Assembly (NCBI GenBank): GCA_045803545.1
Contig: JBJMOW010000005.1
Span: forward strand, 448,001-512,000
DNA length: 64,000 nucleotides
Direction of reading: 5' to 3'
Source of the DNA: Gemmatimonadaceae bacterium
GTDB lineage: Bacteria; Gemmatimonadota; Gemmatimonadetes; Gemmatimonadales; Gemmatimonadaceae
Within the stretch, counting starts at the first letter, position 1. Each line of letters begins with the position of its first letter. The notes below the pieces were generated by a model. It searched no databases and was not told the DNA's origin. It saw nothing but the letters and a program-made list of their open reading frames with translations. The position numbers were made by a program, and so were the translations under genes. This document shows positions 9,691 through 19,248 of the stretch, one piece after another.

Positions 9691-10431
9691 CTAAAAGATT
9701 ATCTCGATTTCGGCGGTGTCACGTTTGGGTGTTCCGTCAAACCTCACTCCGGGTCTAAAACGCATCGATCTCAAAACCTCACCCACCCGCTTGTTGTAAT
9801 CTCCATCGCGGGTCTGATTGAAGCCGATCAACTTCGCGTTCCCTTTCTCGTCCACATCGAAGAACGCTTTCATGTGGAAGCCTTTCACGCTCGATGGAGC
9901 GGGCATCGGCGGAATGAAAAGATCTCGCACCGTCGGCGGATAATCCTTACCAGGCCCGCCACCGGTCCCTGGCCCGACTGAGCTACCGCGACCAGTTCCT
10001 TCACCCGACCCGACGCCGCCACCCGTGCCCGGGCCAGCGCCGGGAGTGTTGCTGTTGCCTGTTCCCTCGCCCGCTGCAGCAGCGTTGATCTGAGGTGCCG
10101 GAACGACTTGCTGCGCCGGTTGAACCGGTGTCTCGACCGGCGGCTTCGGGTCAGGCGGTTTCACGGGTGGTACCGTCTGCGGTGTGACCTTGGGCATCAC
10201 CGTCGGATCCCGCTTCACCTGTACGAACTCGATCCGCTCTTCCCGCGACGACATGCCGTTCACCCCGCCGCCACCGCCACCTGCGGGTCCGGGACCACCT
10301 CCACCGAGCACGTCAGATCGCGTGAAATCGGACGAGCCGACGATTGGGCCAATAATGAGAAAAAGGATCAATGCGTGCACCAGCAGCGACGCAATGATCC
10401 CTTTCCAATCCCTTTCCTTCCGCCGCGGCAT
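9691..10431 (-). CDS. TonB-like membrane-anchored Gly/Pro-rich protein with divergent TonB C-terminal domain
   Basis: N-terminal TM with SxxxH (SLLVH), Pro/Gly linker, C-terminal FDVDEKG...MRFRPG; follows the exbD genes. Confidence 0.7.
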   Translation of the reverse strand: MPRRKERDWKGIIASLLVHALILFLIIGPIVGSSDFTRSDVLGGGGPGPAGGGGGGVNGMSSREERIEFVQVKRDPTVMPKVTPQTVPPVKPPDPKPPVETPVQPAQQVVPAPQINAAAAGEGTGNSNTPGAGPGTGGGVGSGEGTGRGSSVGPGTGGGPGKDYPPTVRDLFIPPMPAPSSVKGFHMKAFFDVDEKGNAKLIGFNQTRDGDYNKRVGEVLRSMRFRPGVRFDGTPKRDTAEIEIIF

Positions 10432-10454
10432 TTCCAGCCGCGGAAGACGAGTAG

Positions 10455-10868
10455 CTATTTCACTTCCTTCGGAGTGGCGCCAATGACCTTCACGCCCGCA
10501 CCGCGCGAGACGTCCATTGCGTAAATCACATCCGCGTACTTAACCGTCGGATCGCCCTTGATGAAAATGATCTTGTCCGGACGCGGATCGAAGATGTCCT
10601 TCAGGCGCTTCGGCAGATCATTCTTCGCAATTGGCTGCGAGTTGACCTTGAAGACGTTGCCCGGAAGAACTTCCAGCACGATCTGCGACGGCGGTGGTCC
10701 TTGCGGCGTGTTGTCCGGTGTCGGATCAGGCAGCTGCAGATCGATCGCCTTACGCGACATCGGAATGACCATCATGAAGATGATCAACAGCACCAGCAGC
10801 ACGTCGATCATCGGTGTGACGTTGATTTCGTTCTGGAGCCCTTCGCTCCCGCCTCCGCCCATTGCCAT
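10455..10868 (-). CDS. exbD: Biopolymer transporter ExbD/TolR
   Basis: INVTPMIDVLLVLLIIFM with the conserved Asp. Confidence 0.92.
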   Translation of the reverse strand: MAMGGGGSEGLQNEINVTPMIDVLLVLLIIFMMVIPMSRKAIDLQLPDPTPDNTPQGPPPSQIVLEVLPGNVFKVNSQPIAKNDLPKRLKDIFDPRPDKIIFIKGDPTVKYADVIYAMDVSRGAGVKVIGATPKEVK

Positions 10869-11341
10869 TATTTCTTCCCTCCGGCCGCGGGCGCGTTGAA
10901 CAGGTTATCGGCCGAAACCGCGGACACCGTTCCTGGCCTCTGTTCAGTGATCATCCCGGTCACGCGTACATCGTTGTGCGCCGCGATGTCGATTGCATCG
11001 AGAACCTTGCCGTACGCCAAATTCTTATCGGCTTTGACGTAGAGGAGCTTGTCCTCGGTTCTGTTTTCGAAAATGCCCTTGAGCCGCTCGCCAAGCTCGG
11101 CGTTGGGAATGGGTTTTTTGTTCAGATAATACTGACCGTTTACGTCGATACCGAGAACCTGATCCTGATCCTCTTCCGGGTGCGGCTTCAGGTTTACGCC
11201 GTTTGGCGGTATCGCCTGAAATCCCGCGGTGATCGCCGGGATAACGAGCATGAAGATGATCAGCAGCACCAGCATTACGTCGATCATCGGCGTCACGTTC
11301 GGCGACGCCTTTACACCTGCACTTCCGGCAGACATTGCCAT
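10868..11341 (-). CDS. exbD: Biopolymer transporter ExbD/TolR
   Basis: NVTPMIDVMLVLLIIFM and VKADKNLAYG motifs. Confidence 0.92.
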   Translation of the reverse strand: MAMSAGSAGVKASPNVTPMIDVMLVLLIIFMLVIPAITAGFQAIPPNGVNLKPHPEEDQDQVLGIDVNGQYYLNKKPIPNAELGERLKGIFENRTEDKLLYVKADKNLAYGKVLDAIDIAAHNDVRVTGMITEQRPGTVSAVSADNLFNAPAAGGKK

Positions 11342-11358
11342 GAGTCAGCCCTCCCGCG

Positions 11359-12105
11359 CTACTGCGAGATTGGGTTATTTCCAGCCGTCGCCGTGGTGTT
11401 GAACTCGCGGGTGAAACGCGAACGACCAAACTCGCCGGTGCCCGAGACGTTCTTGATCATATAGTCGATCATTTCCTTCGACGTATACGTCATCTCGGCG
11501 GTGAGGTTGTCGATCTTGATCTGGAAGTAGTTGAAGAGCCACACCGCCGGAATCGCGACGACGAGACCGAACGCGGTTGTGATTAGCGCTTCGGACACAC
11601 CAGAGGAGATCGAGGCAAGACCACCGGAACCGGACGCTGCCATTGCGGCGAACGAGTTCACGATTCCCATCGTGGTGCCGAGCAGTCCGACGAACGGCGC
11701 CGTTGCGCCGACGGTCGCCAGAACGCCCAGGCCGCGCTTCAGATCGGTAATCGTCATCAGCATTTCGCGCTCGATTGCGCGCTCTGCCGAGTTGATGTCG
11801 GCGACTGTTACCGAGCCGTCCTGAATTAGCGGGCGGATCTCGGTGAGGGCGCCACCAAGAACGCGTGCGACGTGCGACTTCTTGTATTTGTCAGCGAGAG
11901 TGACCGCTTCGACGAGATTGTCTTCCTCGAGGAACTGGGAGAACTCGGGAGCGAACTTGCGGGTCTCGGCCTGCGCTTTACGCAAATCCCACCACTTTTT
12001 GATCGCTACTGAAAGCGACCAGATCGACATGATCGCAAGGACGTACACAATGCCCTTCGCGAAGTTGCCCATCTGGTTGTAAATGTCGAGCAATGACAGT
12101 TGCAT
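11359..12105 (-). CDS. exbB: MotA/TolQ/ExbB proton channel
   Basis: APFVGLLGT and EALITTAFGLVVAIPA motifs. Confidence 0.93.
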   Translation of the reverse strand: MQLSLLDIYNQMGNFAKGIVYVLAIMSIWSLSVAIKKWWDLRKAQAETRKFAPEFSQFLEEDNLVEAVTLADKYKKSHVARVLGGALTEIRPLIQDGSVTVADINSAERAIEREMLMTITDLKRGLGVLATVGATAPFVGLLGTTMGIVNSFAAMAASGSGGLASISSGVSEALITTAFGLVVAIPAVWLFNYFQIKIDNLTAEMTYTSKEMIDYMIKNVSGTGEFGRSRFTREFNTTATAGNNPISQ

Positions 12106-12130
12106 TGTTTACTCCGAAAAGGGGTTCGAA

Positions 12131-12838
12131 CTAGCGCGGAACTGCGAACTGGAAGGACTGCTGAACCAGCTGGTTGACCGGCTTGCCGCCGATCATTGCT
12201 GGGCTGAAGCGCATTCTGGGAAGCACGTTTTTGACCGCTTGGGTGAACAGCTCGTTGGTTGACTTCAACACCTTGAACGAGTCGTTGTCGGCCTTGCCGT
12301 CGCCCCTCACGACGAACTGCGCCTGAACCTCACCCGCAATGCCGGAGCTCTCGAGTACCGACGGATACTTGGGCTTCGGGCTGTCGGACAGCATTTCGGC
12401 AGGCTTCTCGACCTGGAACTCGAAGTACGTCTGATTGGTCACCGGACCAGTTCCGCCGACCACGCCGCTGCCGGTGCCGCCCTTCACACCTTTGCCACTA
12501 AAGTCGGCTTCGTTGGTAACGGCCTTGGAGAGATCGATCTCGGGGATCTTGATGTCGATCTTGACCGGAGCACGAAGCACCTGGAAGCCCTTCGGCGGCG
12601 GCGGCTTCACTACAACCTCTTTGGGCGGTGGCGGCTCGTCCACCTTCGGCTTGGGCGGCTCCTTTTTTACTTCGACGAACTGGATTTTCTCCGATTTCGC
12701 CTTTTCGTCCTTGATGCCCGCCTTCGCAGTGGCGTACACGGCACCGGAAATGAGCGCAGTGTGCAGAACCAGGCTGAAGATCGTACCACCAGCCATTTTC
12801 TGCTTGTTTGCTTTCGACTCGAGAAGTTGGTTAAACAT
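12131..12838 (-). CDS. tonB: Energy transducer TonB
   Basis: TM with SLVLH, Lys/Pro-rich linker, PKYP..G..GEV...FVV C-terminal domain. Confidence 0.9.
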   Translation of the reverse strand: MFNQLLESKANKQKMAGGTIFSLVLHTALISGAVYATAKAGIKDEKAKSEKIQFVEVKKEPPKPKVDEPPPPKEVVVKPPPPKGFQVLRAPVKIDIKIPEIDLSKAVTNEADFSGKGVKGGTGSGVVGGTGPVTNQTYFEFQVEKPAEMLSDSPKPKYPSVLESSGIAGEVQAQFVVRGDGKADNDSFKVLKSTNELFTQAVKNVLPRMRFSPAMIGGKPVNQLVQQSFQFAVPR

Positions 12839-13012
12839 TCCTCACCTTGGGGGGAAGTTCGTCTACTTAAGCTGCCCTTAACCGGAGTCCGGCGGAATAC
12901 CCACAAGATTAAGAATCAATGAAATAGTATTAACAAAACTCTAAAGTTTCTTCGCGCCTTGCGCGCGCGTATTGATAGAAAAACGACCTCTCGACTAGTT
13001 CCAACTCTGCGA

Positions 13013-13699
13013 TCAGCGACCCGTGATCGTGAAGACGAACGGCATCTGCACCAGCTGCCGCACCTTTCTCCCGCCAATCTCCGCCGGCACGAACCGCATT
13101 CGCTTTAGAACGTCTCGAACCGACGCTTCGAAGAGCGCATTGTCCGATTGCACGAATCGAACAGAGTCGGACTCGACCAATCCTCGCTCGTCCACGGTGA
13201 ACTGCGCAACGACTCTCCCTTCGACTCCGGCGACGCGCAGGGCTTCCGGGTATCTCGGCACTGCCGCGCCGGAGAGTAGAGTGACCTGTCGCTCAACCTG
13301 ATCGGCGTTGTATGTGCCGGTCAAGCTTCTTGCGGCGGCACTGTGATCAGATCCGCCAACGATCGTTTGCACGTTCGTGAAGTCGGTCGGTGAAGTTGGA
13401 GAGGGCGGTATGAAGTCGAGCGGTGGCAGCTTCGGATCGATGACGATGGGAACGTACCGATTCGCGGGCAGAGGCAGCGTGCTGTTGTGGGCAGGCTGTC
13501 GCTGTCTTGATTCACTCGGCGGCGCCTTCGGTACATACGGGACGATGACGAGTCTCTGCACCGGCATAGGCCGTGGTCGCGATTGCGCCGTCGCATGAAC
13601 GGCAATGACGATGATCGCGATATGAGCGGTGACACTCGTAACAACGCCAACCGGTGAGCGGCTCCGGCGGCCTTTGGATTCCAGCAATCGATCGAGCAT
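13013..13699 (-). CDS. tonB: Energy transducer TonB paralog
   Basis: TM with SVTAH, PRYPEAL..GVEGRV C-terminal domain; similar N-terminus to the neighbour (LLESK). Confidence 0.88.
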   Translation of the reverse strand: MLDRLLESKGRRSRSPVGVVTSVTAHIAIIVIAVHATAQSRPRPMPVQRLVIVPYVPKAPPSESRQRQPAHNSTLPLPANRYVPIVIDPKLPPLDFIPPSPTSPTDFTNVQTIVGGSDHSAAARSLTGTYNADQVERQVTLLSGAAVPRYPEALRVAGVEGRVVAQFTVDERGLVESDSVRFVQSDNALFEASVRDVLKRMRFVPAEIGGRKVRQLVQMPFVFTITGR

Positions 13700-13820
13700 C
13701 TCTCCTCACTATGAGCTTTGCGCTAAGCTCGGAGAGAAGGCGCCCGCATCCAATAACGGTGCGATTAGCTGTACATGATTTTCAATTAACGCTTTCGTTA
13801 TCGGACGGTTAAGACGCTCT

Positions 13821-13843
13821 GCCTCCCGCCTCCCGCCTCCCGC
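13821..13843. repeat. Tandem heptamer (GCCTCCC)x3
   Basis: Directly visible; immediately downstream of the kinase stop codon. Confidence 0.8.
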
Positions 13844-15300
13844 TACGCTTTCTGTCCATCCCCCGAAAGCGGCAGCGTAACCGTGAACAAGCTGCCGCGA
13901 CCGAGTCGCGACGACGCGGTGAGTGTTCCGCCGTGCGCTTGCGCAATCCACTGGCTGATCGCGAGCCCCAGTCCGAAGCCGCCGCGCTCCGACATGCGCG
14001 AGCGCACGCGGTCTGCCCGCCAGAAGCGCTCGAAGATGTGTGGGAAATCCGCGGCCGAAATCCCGATGCCGGTGTCGCGCACCGCGAACGTGACGTTGTC
14101 TGGATGCCTTCCAAGTCCGATGTCGACCTTGCCGCCGGCGGGCGTGTACTTGATCGCATTGGTGACAAGGTTCAAAAAAAGCTGGCGCAGTCGGGTGCGG
14201 TCGCCCATCACCATCGCGTCGGCGGTAAATGGCAGATTGACCGCGACACCCTGCGCCTCGCCCAGAATGAGCGCCGTCTCGTAAACCTCCTGCACCAGCG
14301 GCTGTAGTTCGACCGGCTCACGGTGCAGATCGAACCGTCCTTCGTCCGCGCGCGCCAGCGTCAGCAGGCTTTCCACGAGATCGGTCATTCTGCGCACCTC
14401 CTGCAACGCTTCCTCGAGCGCCACCAGTCGCTCGTTCTGACTCGACGACTCGGTCATCGCACGCTCGACATCCGCCCGCAGCACTGCAAGAGGCGTCTTG
14501 AGCTCGTGACTCGCGTCGGCGGTGAAGCGCCGCAGTCCGGCAAATGAGGTCTCCAGACGCCCGATCATCGCGTTGAGTGTGGTCACCATGTCCGAGAAGT
14601 CGCTCGTCTCTTCACTCAGCGCGAGCCTTCGATGAAGACTGCGTCCGTCAGTGATCGCCGCAACCTCGGTGGTGATCTCCTGCAGCTGACGCTGATTCTT
14701 GCCGAGTACGAGGAAGGCGCCGACACCGGCCACCGCAATTATCAGCGGGACGATGAGAAGCGCGTCGAACATGTACTCCTGGGGAACGGTGCTGGCGCGA
14801 GTCGCGACTGCGCCCGATGCGAGACGGCTCAACCCACCGGGCACGCCCTCCAGCGACTTGGAGACAAAGAGCAGCTTTTCCTGTAGAGAGTCGAGGCCGA
14901 AGATCAGTGCTTCGCCCGACTTGGGCAGGTCGGCGAGCTGGGTCTGCAGGGTGTTCATGTCGCTTCCCTGCAGTCGCATGACATCGGCGGAGCGGTATAC
15001 CGCCCTGCCTGCCGTATCGACCACTACTATATAACCAGGTATCGACTGGAGCCGGTCGACGATCCTCGGCGACAGCAGTGGAATGATTGCCGTGTCGTTT
15101 GCCGCCATCACCTTCTCGCCGGACTGCGCGGCGTCGGCGATCACACGAGCCGCGAGATCGCCCTGCGCTGCCGCGTATTGCGCGATGTCGTGGTAGACCG
15201 CGTTGTTCCTCGCCGCAAGCAACGCCAGGAAGAGCGTCATCGTTACCGCAGCGAGCCCGACGATGAACGCCGCGGTGAGTTTGACGCGTGTCGAGATCAT
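13843..15300 (-). CDS. Sensor histidine kinase (2 TM, HAMP, HisKA, HATPase)
   Basis: ASHELKTPL H-box, NLVTNAIKY, DTGIG and GLGL boxes. Confidence 0.93.
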   Translation of the reverse strand: MISTRVKLTAAFIVGLAAVTMTLFLALLAARNNAVYHDIAQYAAAQGDLAARVIADAAQSGEKVMAANDTAIIPLLSPRIVDRLQSIPGYIVVVDTAGRAVYRSADVMRLQGSDMNTLQTQLADLPKSGEALIFGLDSLQEKLLFVSKSLEGVPGGLSRLASGAVATRASTVPQEYMFDALLIVPLIIAVAGVGAFLVLGKNQRQLQEITTEVAAITDGRSLHRRLALSEETSDFSDMVTTLNAMIGRLETSFAGLRRFTADASHELKTPLAVLRADVERAMTESSSQNERLVALEEALQEVRRMTDLVESLLTLARADEGRFDLHREPVELQPLVQEVYETALILGEAQGVAVNLPFTADAMVMGDRTRLRQLFLNLVTNAIKYTPAGGKVDIGLGRHPDNVTFAVRDTGIGISAADFPHIFERFWRADRVRSRMSERGGFGLGLAISQWIAQAHGGTLTASSRLGRGSLFTVTLPLSGDGQKA

Positions 15301-15303
15301 CGG

Positions 15304-15996
15304 CTATCCCGCCTTCGGAGCCGCGCTCTCCTCGCGGATAACGTAGCCGACGCCGCGAATAGTATGAATGAGCTTTCGATTGCTGTTAGCGTCGATCTTC
15401 TTGCGCAAATGGTTGATCACCACGTCCACGATATTGGTGCCTGGATCGAAGTGATACCCCCAGGCGTACTCGGTGATCAGCGTGCGGCTCATGACTCGGC
15501 CGGCATGCCTGATCAGATATTCAAGCACGGTGTATTCCTTCGGCGTGAGTTCGATCGGAATGCCACCTCGCGTGACTTCACGGGTATCGAGGTTCACAGA
15601 GAGGTCGGCGATCTTGAGCACCGGTGTCATCCGCGCGCGTGGCCGGCGCGAAAGGGCTTCGACGCGCGCCAACAGCTCTTCGAACGCAAATGGCTTGGTG
15701 ACGTAATCGTCGGCACCGGCGCGCAACGTCTCGACCTTTGAGTCGACCGCGTCTTGCGCGGTGAGGATGAGAACGGGGCGATCGAATCCGCGCGCGCGCA
15801 GATCATGCAGCACCTGAGCGCCGGATTTTCCGGGCAATCGCATGTCGAGCACGATCACGTCATACTCTTCGGCGATCGCGCGTGCTTCTCCATCGTCGCC
15901 GTTGGCGACGAGGTCGACACCCCATCGCTGCTCCTCAAAACCGCGCTTGACGAACTGACCGACGGTCGGATCGTCCTCGATCACAAGAATTCTCAT
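15304..15996 (-). CDS. OmpR/CusR-family response regulator
   Basis: Receiver (EDD, LDMRLP, KPF) plus winged helix (LRKKID...TIRGVGY). Confidence 0.95.
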   Translation of the reverse strand: MRILVIEDDPTVGQFVKRGFEEQRWGVDLVANGDDGEARAIAEEYDVIVLDMRLPGKSGAQVLHDLRARGFDRPVLILTAQDAVDSKVETLRAGADDYVTKPFAFEELLARVEALSRRPRARMTPVLKIADLSVNLDTREVTRGGIPIELTPKEYTVLEYLIRHAGRVMSRTLITEYAWGYHFDPGTNIVDVVINHLRKKIDANSNRKLIHTIRGVGYVIREESAAPKAG

Positions 15997-16017
15997 GCAG
16001 CCCGGAAAGTTTATCGC

Positions 16018-16048
16018 AGAAAAAAGGCGGAAGTGCGCTACCGCCTTT
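16018..16048 (-). terminator. Probable intrinsic terminator after pilin cluster 1
   Basis: AAAGGCGG/CCGCCTTT stem followed by a T-run on the minus strand. Confidence 0.6.
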
Positions 16049-16089
16049 CCGCCAAGATATACACCGGCTACCGACCCTTCAACGCGGCA

Positions 16090-17271
16090 TCAGCTTCCGG
16101 GAAGCTGTGCCCACCCTCCGCGCTGTGCGACAATTCTCTGGGATGGCTGTCGCAGAAGCGCCTGGTCGTAATGGAATTTGCCGCCGCCGCTGGAGTAGTA
16201 GTACTGCGCGACGATTGCCCCGTAGTAATCCCCGCCGCCGAGCTCGTATACAACGTGGTTTGGCGCATAGACGGTGTAGTAGCCCGCGAACGCACCCGAG
16301 GCGAGGGACCAATACGCCGGAGTAGCGGAAGTCCCGCACGACGAGAACGAAAGGTTGGCCGGCTTCTGCGAGGTGTTGATGACGGACCCACCACCCGCGT
16401 TGATCGAATCGCCAAGAAACACTGTCGCCTTCGGCGAGCCCGGGAACGAAAGCCTCGCGTTATTGGTCAGTACGATGACACGGAAATAATAGAGCGTATC
16501 GGTCAACGTCAGCGTCGTGTTTCCGTTGACGCTGAGCACTCCCGAAATAGCGTTGTAGCTGATCCCGCCGCCCGTAGGGACTTTGGCCGCCGGTGTGTAA
16601 CCGCCCGCGGGACATTGCGGAATGTCCATCGCCTGGCTCGGCGGCACACCAGAAGTGATCCCGCCCGTGGTGACGCCGGCTACTCCGACGTTCGGCGCTC
16701 CGCTCACGATCGCTTCGCCTTTCAGAGTTGTGTGATCGATGTTGAAGTCGCCGTTCGTACGCACGTTGGCGGCGCTGTCGATCGCGGTTGCGATGTACGC
16801 GCCCTTATCCGAATCGTAGGCGTCCAGCACGCCGCCGTTTGTCAGATACGTGGCTATTTCGCTGCGAATCGCGTATTTGAATTTCGCAACACCACCCACT
16901 GTGCCAACGATGGTCATCACGCCAGCCGTCGGATCCGTCCGCCTGCCCTGAACGACGACGTTGTATTCCTGAAGCGCGCCGGGGTCTACACGATAAATGA
17001 CAGCGCGATATGCGGCTCGGTTCGGCAGATTCGCCCAGCCAAGATCGAGACTGTCGCCCGGGTTGAGAGTCTGTACTGCCGCACTCGGCCATGCGCCATA
17101 CGTCTGTCGCAACCCCGCTTCTGCGGCATACATCGCGAGGGTGGCCTCGCGTGACGCGCGCGAAGCGCGACGCTCGTCAGAGGCGGTGGTCAACGCCGCA
17201 ACGACAACCACGCTCATGATCGTGATCGCAAAGATCACGGTAGGCAGAACGAACCCCCGGCGATTTTTCAT
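16090..17271 (-). CDS. PilX-like large minor pilin with an extended beta-rich C-terminal domain (cluster 1)
   Basis: RRG|FVLPT class III signal lacking Glu5; A.YAAEAGL PilX N-terminal motif. Confidence 0.8.
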   Translation of the reverse strand: MKNRRGFVLPTVIFAITIMSVVVVAALTTASDERRASRASREATLAMYAAEAGLRQTYGAWPSAAVQTLNPGDSLDLGWANLPNRAAYRAVIYRVDPGALQEYNVVVQGRRTDPTAGVMTIVGTVGGVAKFKYAIRSEIATYLTNGGVLDAYDSDKGAYIATAIDSAANVRTNGDFNIDHTTLKGEAIVSGAPNVGVAGVTTGGITSGVPPSQAMDIPQCPAGGYTPAAKVPTGGGISYNAISGVLSVNGNTTLTLTDTLYYFRVIVLTNNARLSFPGSPKATVFLGDSINAGGGSVINTSQKPANLSFSSCGTSATPAYWSLASGAFAGYYTVYAPNHVVYELGGGDYYGAIVAQYYYSSGGGKFHYDQALLRQPSQRIVAQRGGWAQLPGS

Positions 17272-17273
17272 TG

Positions 17274-18113
17274 TCAGCGCAGAGCGATTTTGGTGGTTAA
17301 CGAATCCCGTTGATACGTGTAACCGGTCCCGACATAGGTGGTCTTGTAGCTTTCCGTGCGAAGCGTAAAGGCGACCGCCTTTACTTTCAGCGGATCGACG
17401 GTGACCGCGCCCAGCGAATCGTAGTAGGCGAAAGCCAACCCGTTCGATGCCGGCGCGAGTAACGGCCCAGTCAACTGCTCATAGGTTGCTGCCGCCCCGA
17501 CTTTGCGACCAAGCCACCAGCGCGAATTCAACTGGTACTCGCCGTATTGCACCTTACGGAATCCGCGATAAGCGGCACCCACCACGATCCCCGATGTGTC
17601 CTTCTTGGATGTGACGGCAACTTCGATGACGACATCAGGCGGGCGGGCGCCTGGCCATGCGCAGGCAGTCACACCCATTGCCGCCGGCGTACCAACGGCA
17701 GTGACTTTCAGCGCTGTCCACTTGTCGCGACCCATTTGGAATATCAGCGCGCTGTCGTCAGCAGTCGCGAGAATGTTGCCCCCTGTCTTCCAGAGCCCGT
17801 AACGCGCGAGAGTGGGATGCTTTGCGCAAATCACGCCGAGTCCACGGGGCGAGCGCAGGGTAAGCGTGTTTGCTCCGATGACAGCGGGCGAGCTCTCCCC
17901 AAGGGCTGCCTGGCGCAGATCCCAGGAAAGGAGAGCCGCGGCCTCACGAGCGGTCTCGCGAACATCAATGATTTCCCGTTGCTTGCGATAGCCTCGACTC
18001 TGCACCGTCAACAGCTGGACGATGCTCCCCAGTACGATGAGGCCGATGACTGATGCTACCAGCAGCTCGATGAGTGTGAAGCCGCGCCGAGTCGTAAACT
18101 GTGACCGGCTCAT
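17274..18113 (-). CDS. PilW-like minor pilin (cluster 1)
   Basis: RRG|FTLIELL; ATG at 18113 overlaps the upstream stop. Confidence 0.82.
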   Translation of the reverse strand: MSRSQFTTRRGFTLIELLVASVIGLIVLGSIVQLLTVQSRGYRKQREIIDVRETAREAAALLSWDLRQAALGESSPAVIGANTLTLRSPRGLGVICAKHPTLARYGLWKTGGNILATADDSALIFQMGRDKWTALKVTAVGTPAAMGVTACAWPGARPPDVVIEVAVTSKKDTSGIVVGAAYRGFRKVQYGEYQLNSRWWLGRKVGAAATYEQLTGPLLAPASNGLAFAYYDSLGAVTVDPLKVKAVAFTLRTESYKTTYVGTGYTYQRDSLTTKIALR

Positions 18114-18514
18114 TGAACGCGAGCGTTGGCCAGGAAAAGACTGACCGTGTCCGGATACAGCACCGTAGTCTGCGCCTGTCCGCGTCGCGTAACCACCACG
18201 TTCACTTTTTGAGAATTGGCGTTCATCGTGGTGACGGTCCACGTCACCGCGCGACCACGTATAGTGGTCGACCCGTTTGATACGTTATTCCACCCTTTCG
18301 CCACGAGGCTGTCCACGACCTGCTGGACATCCGCTGAATATTGGAGATCCTGTCGCGCCTTCCCCATTTGGTTAAGGCCGAGCGATGCGGCACCGGCGAG
18401 GCTCATCATGGCGACCGCGAGCAGCGTTACCGAGACGATGATCTCCACAAGGGAGAAGCCGCGGCGAAGGTTTTTGGAATTTGATTCGGTTGCCACCATG
18501 CTCGCCGCGCTCAT
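18110..18514 (-). CDS. PilV-like minor pilin (cluster 1)
   Basis: RRG|FSLVEII; ATGA overlap at 18511-18514. Confidence 0.82.
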   Translation of the reverse strand: MSAASMVATESNSKNLRRGFSLVEIIVSVTLLAVAMMSLAGAASLGLNQMGKARQDLQYSADVQQVVDSLVAKGWNNVSNGSTTIRGRAVTWTVTTMNANSQKVNVVVTRRGQAQTTVLYPDTVSLFLANARVQ

Positions 18515-18978
18515 CGTAGCATCTTGCCGAGCGCAGTCGTCACGATCGTATCGGCCGTCAGGCCGTCGGCAAAAATCAACTGGGCATCCCCGGGCTGGCA
18601 GCTGCCAAGGGTTGACGGGATGCCGCGAGCATCGAAGCAAAGGAGGGCGCGAGAGCTGGTCATCGTCACCCCGTTGTCGCTGACGTCGCGAACATTGGCG
18701 ATGGTGGCTCGTTGATTGGATCCGTTCGCGCTTGTATCGACATCGACCCAAAAGCGCTTGTTCGGGGCGTCAATATGAAGCTGAGCGATGCGGCCGTATC
18801 TGAGCGCCGTTGCTCGCGTGAGGTTGTGAACGAGGACGAACTGATCTGCGGCGGACGACGACTGTCTGCTTTGGAGAGCGGCCGTGACATGCGGCCCGCT
18901 GATAGCGGCAAGGATGCCGAGTACCGCGATGGAGATTATTCCCTCGATCAGCGTGAAGCCCGCTCTCTGCGTCGTCAT
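18511..18978 (-). CDS. FimT/GspH-like minor pilin (cluster 1)
   Basis: RAG|FTLIEG; TRATALRYG helix; CFDARG motif. Confidence 0.82.
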   Translation of the reverse strand: MTTQRAGFTLIEGIISIAVLGILAAISGPHVTAALQSRQSSSAADQFVLVHNLTRATALRYGRIAQLHIDAPNKRFWVDVDTSANGSNQRATIANVRDVSDNGVTMTSSRALLCFDARGIPSTLGSCQPGDAQLIFADGLTADTIVTTALGKMLR

Positions 18979-19062
18979 CCGACTGCTCGCCTCGCCTGCG
19001 TCATTCGGTATCAGGGCTCGCTACCATAGCAAACGGGCGTACTACGGCTGAGCTATATCTAC

Positions 19063-19091
19063 CGACTCTCCCTTAAGGCGAAACCGTCACA
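19063..19091 (-). promoter_or_regulatory. Putative ECF promoter of pilin cluster 1: TGTGACGG-N14-AGAGTCG
   Basis: Same motif, spacing and orientation as the sites at 20204, 21103 and 23479. Confidence 0.7.
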
Positions 19092-19203
19092 TGCCCGTTT
19101 ATATCTTCTAGCGGGGGCGATTGGCGATCCTACTTAAGTGCTTGTCACGTCCACAGTTCGGCCGCTGGCGAAACAGGAACCCGTGTTAAACAGACGTCAC
19201 AAC

Positions 19204-19232
19204 GAAGCCCGGGGACCGCCACCCCGGGCTTC
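19204..19232 (-). terminator. Hairpin after the DUF4382-like gene
   Basis: 11-bp perfect stem GAAGCCCGGGG/CCCCGGGCTTC; weak U-tract. Confidence 0.55.
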
Positions 19233-19248
19233 TCCGGCCAAGGTGGCG

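Noticed and set aside
15754..17154. 466-aa plus-strand ORF, and similar long ORFs such as 3323-4198, 7414-8262, 44367-45176 and 57808-58590
   Set aside because: Antisense shadows of well-supported genes in GC-rich DNA, with no recognisable motifs.
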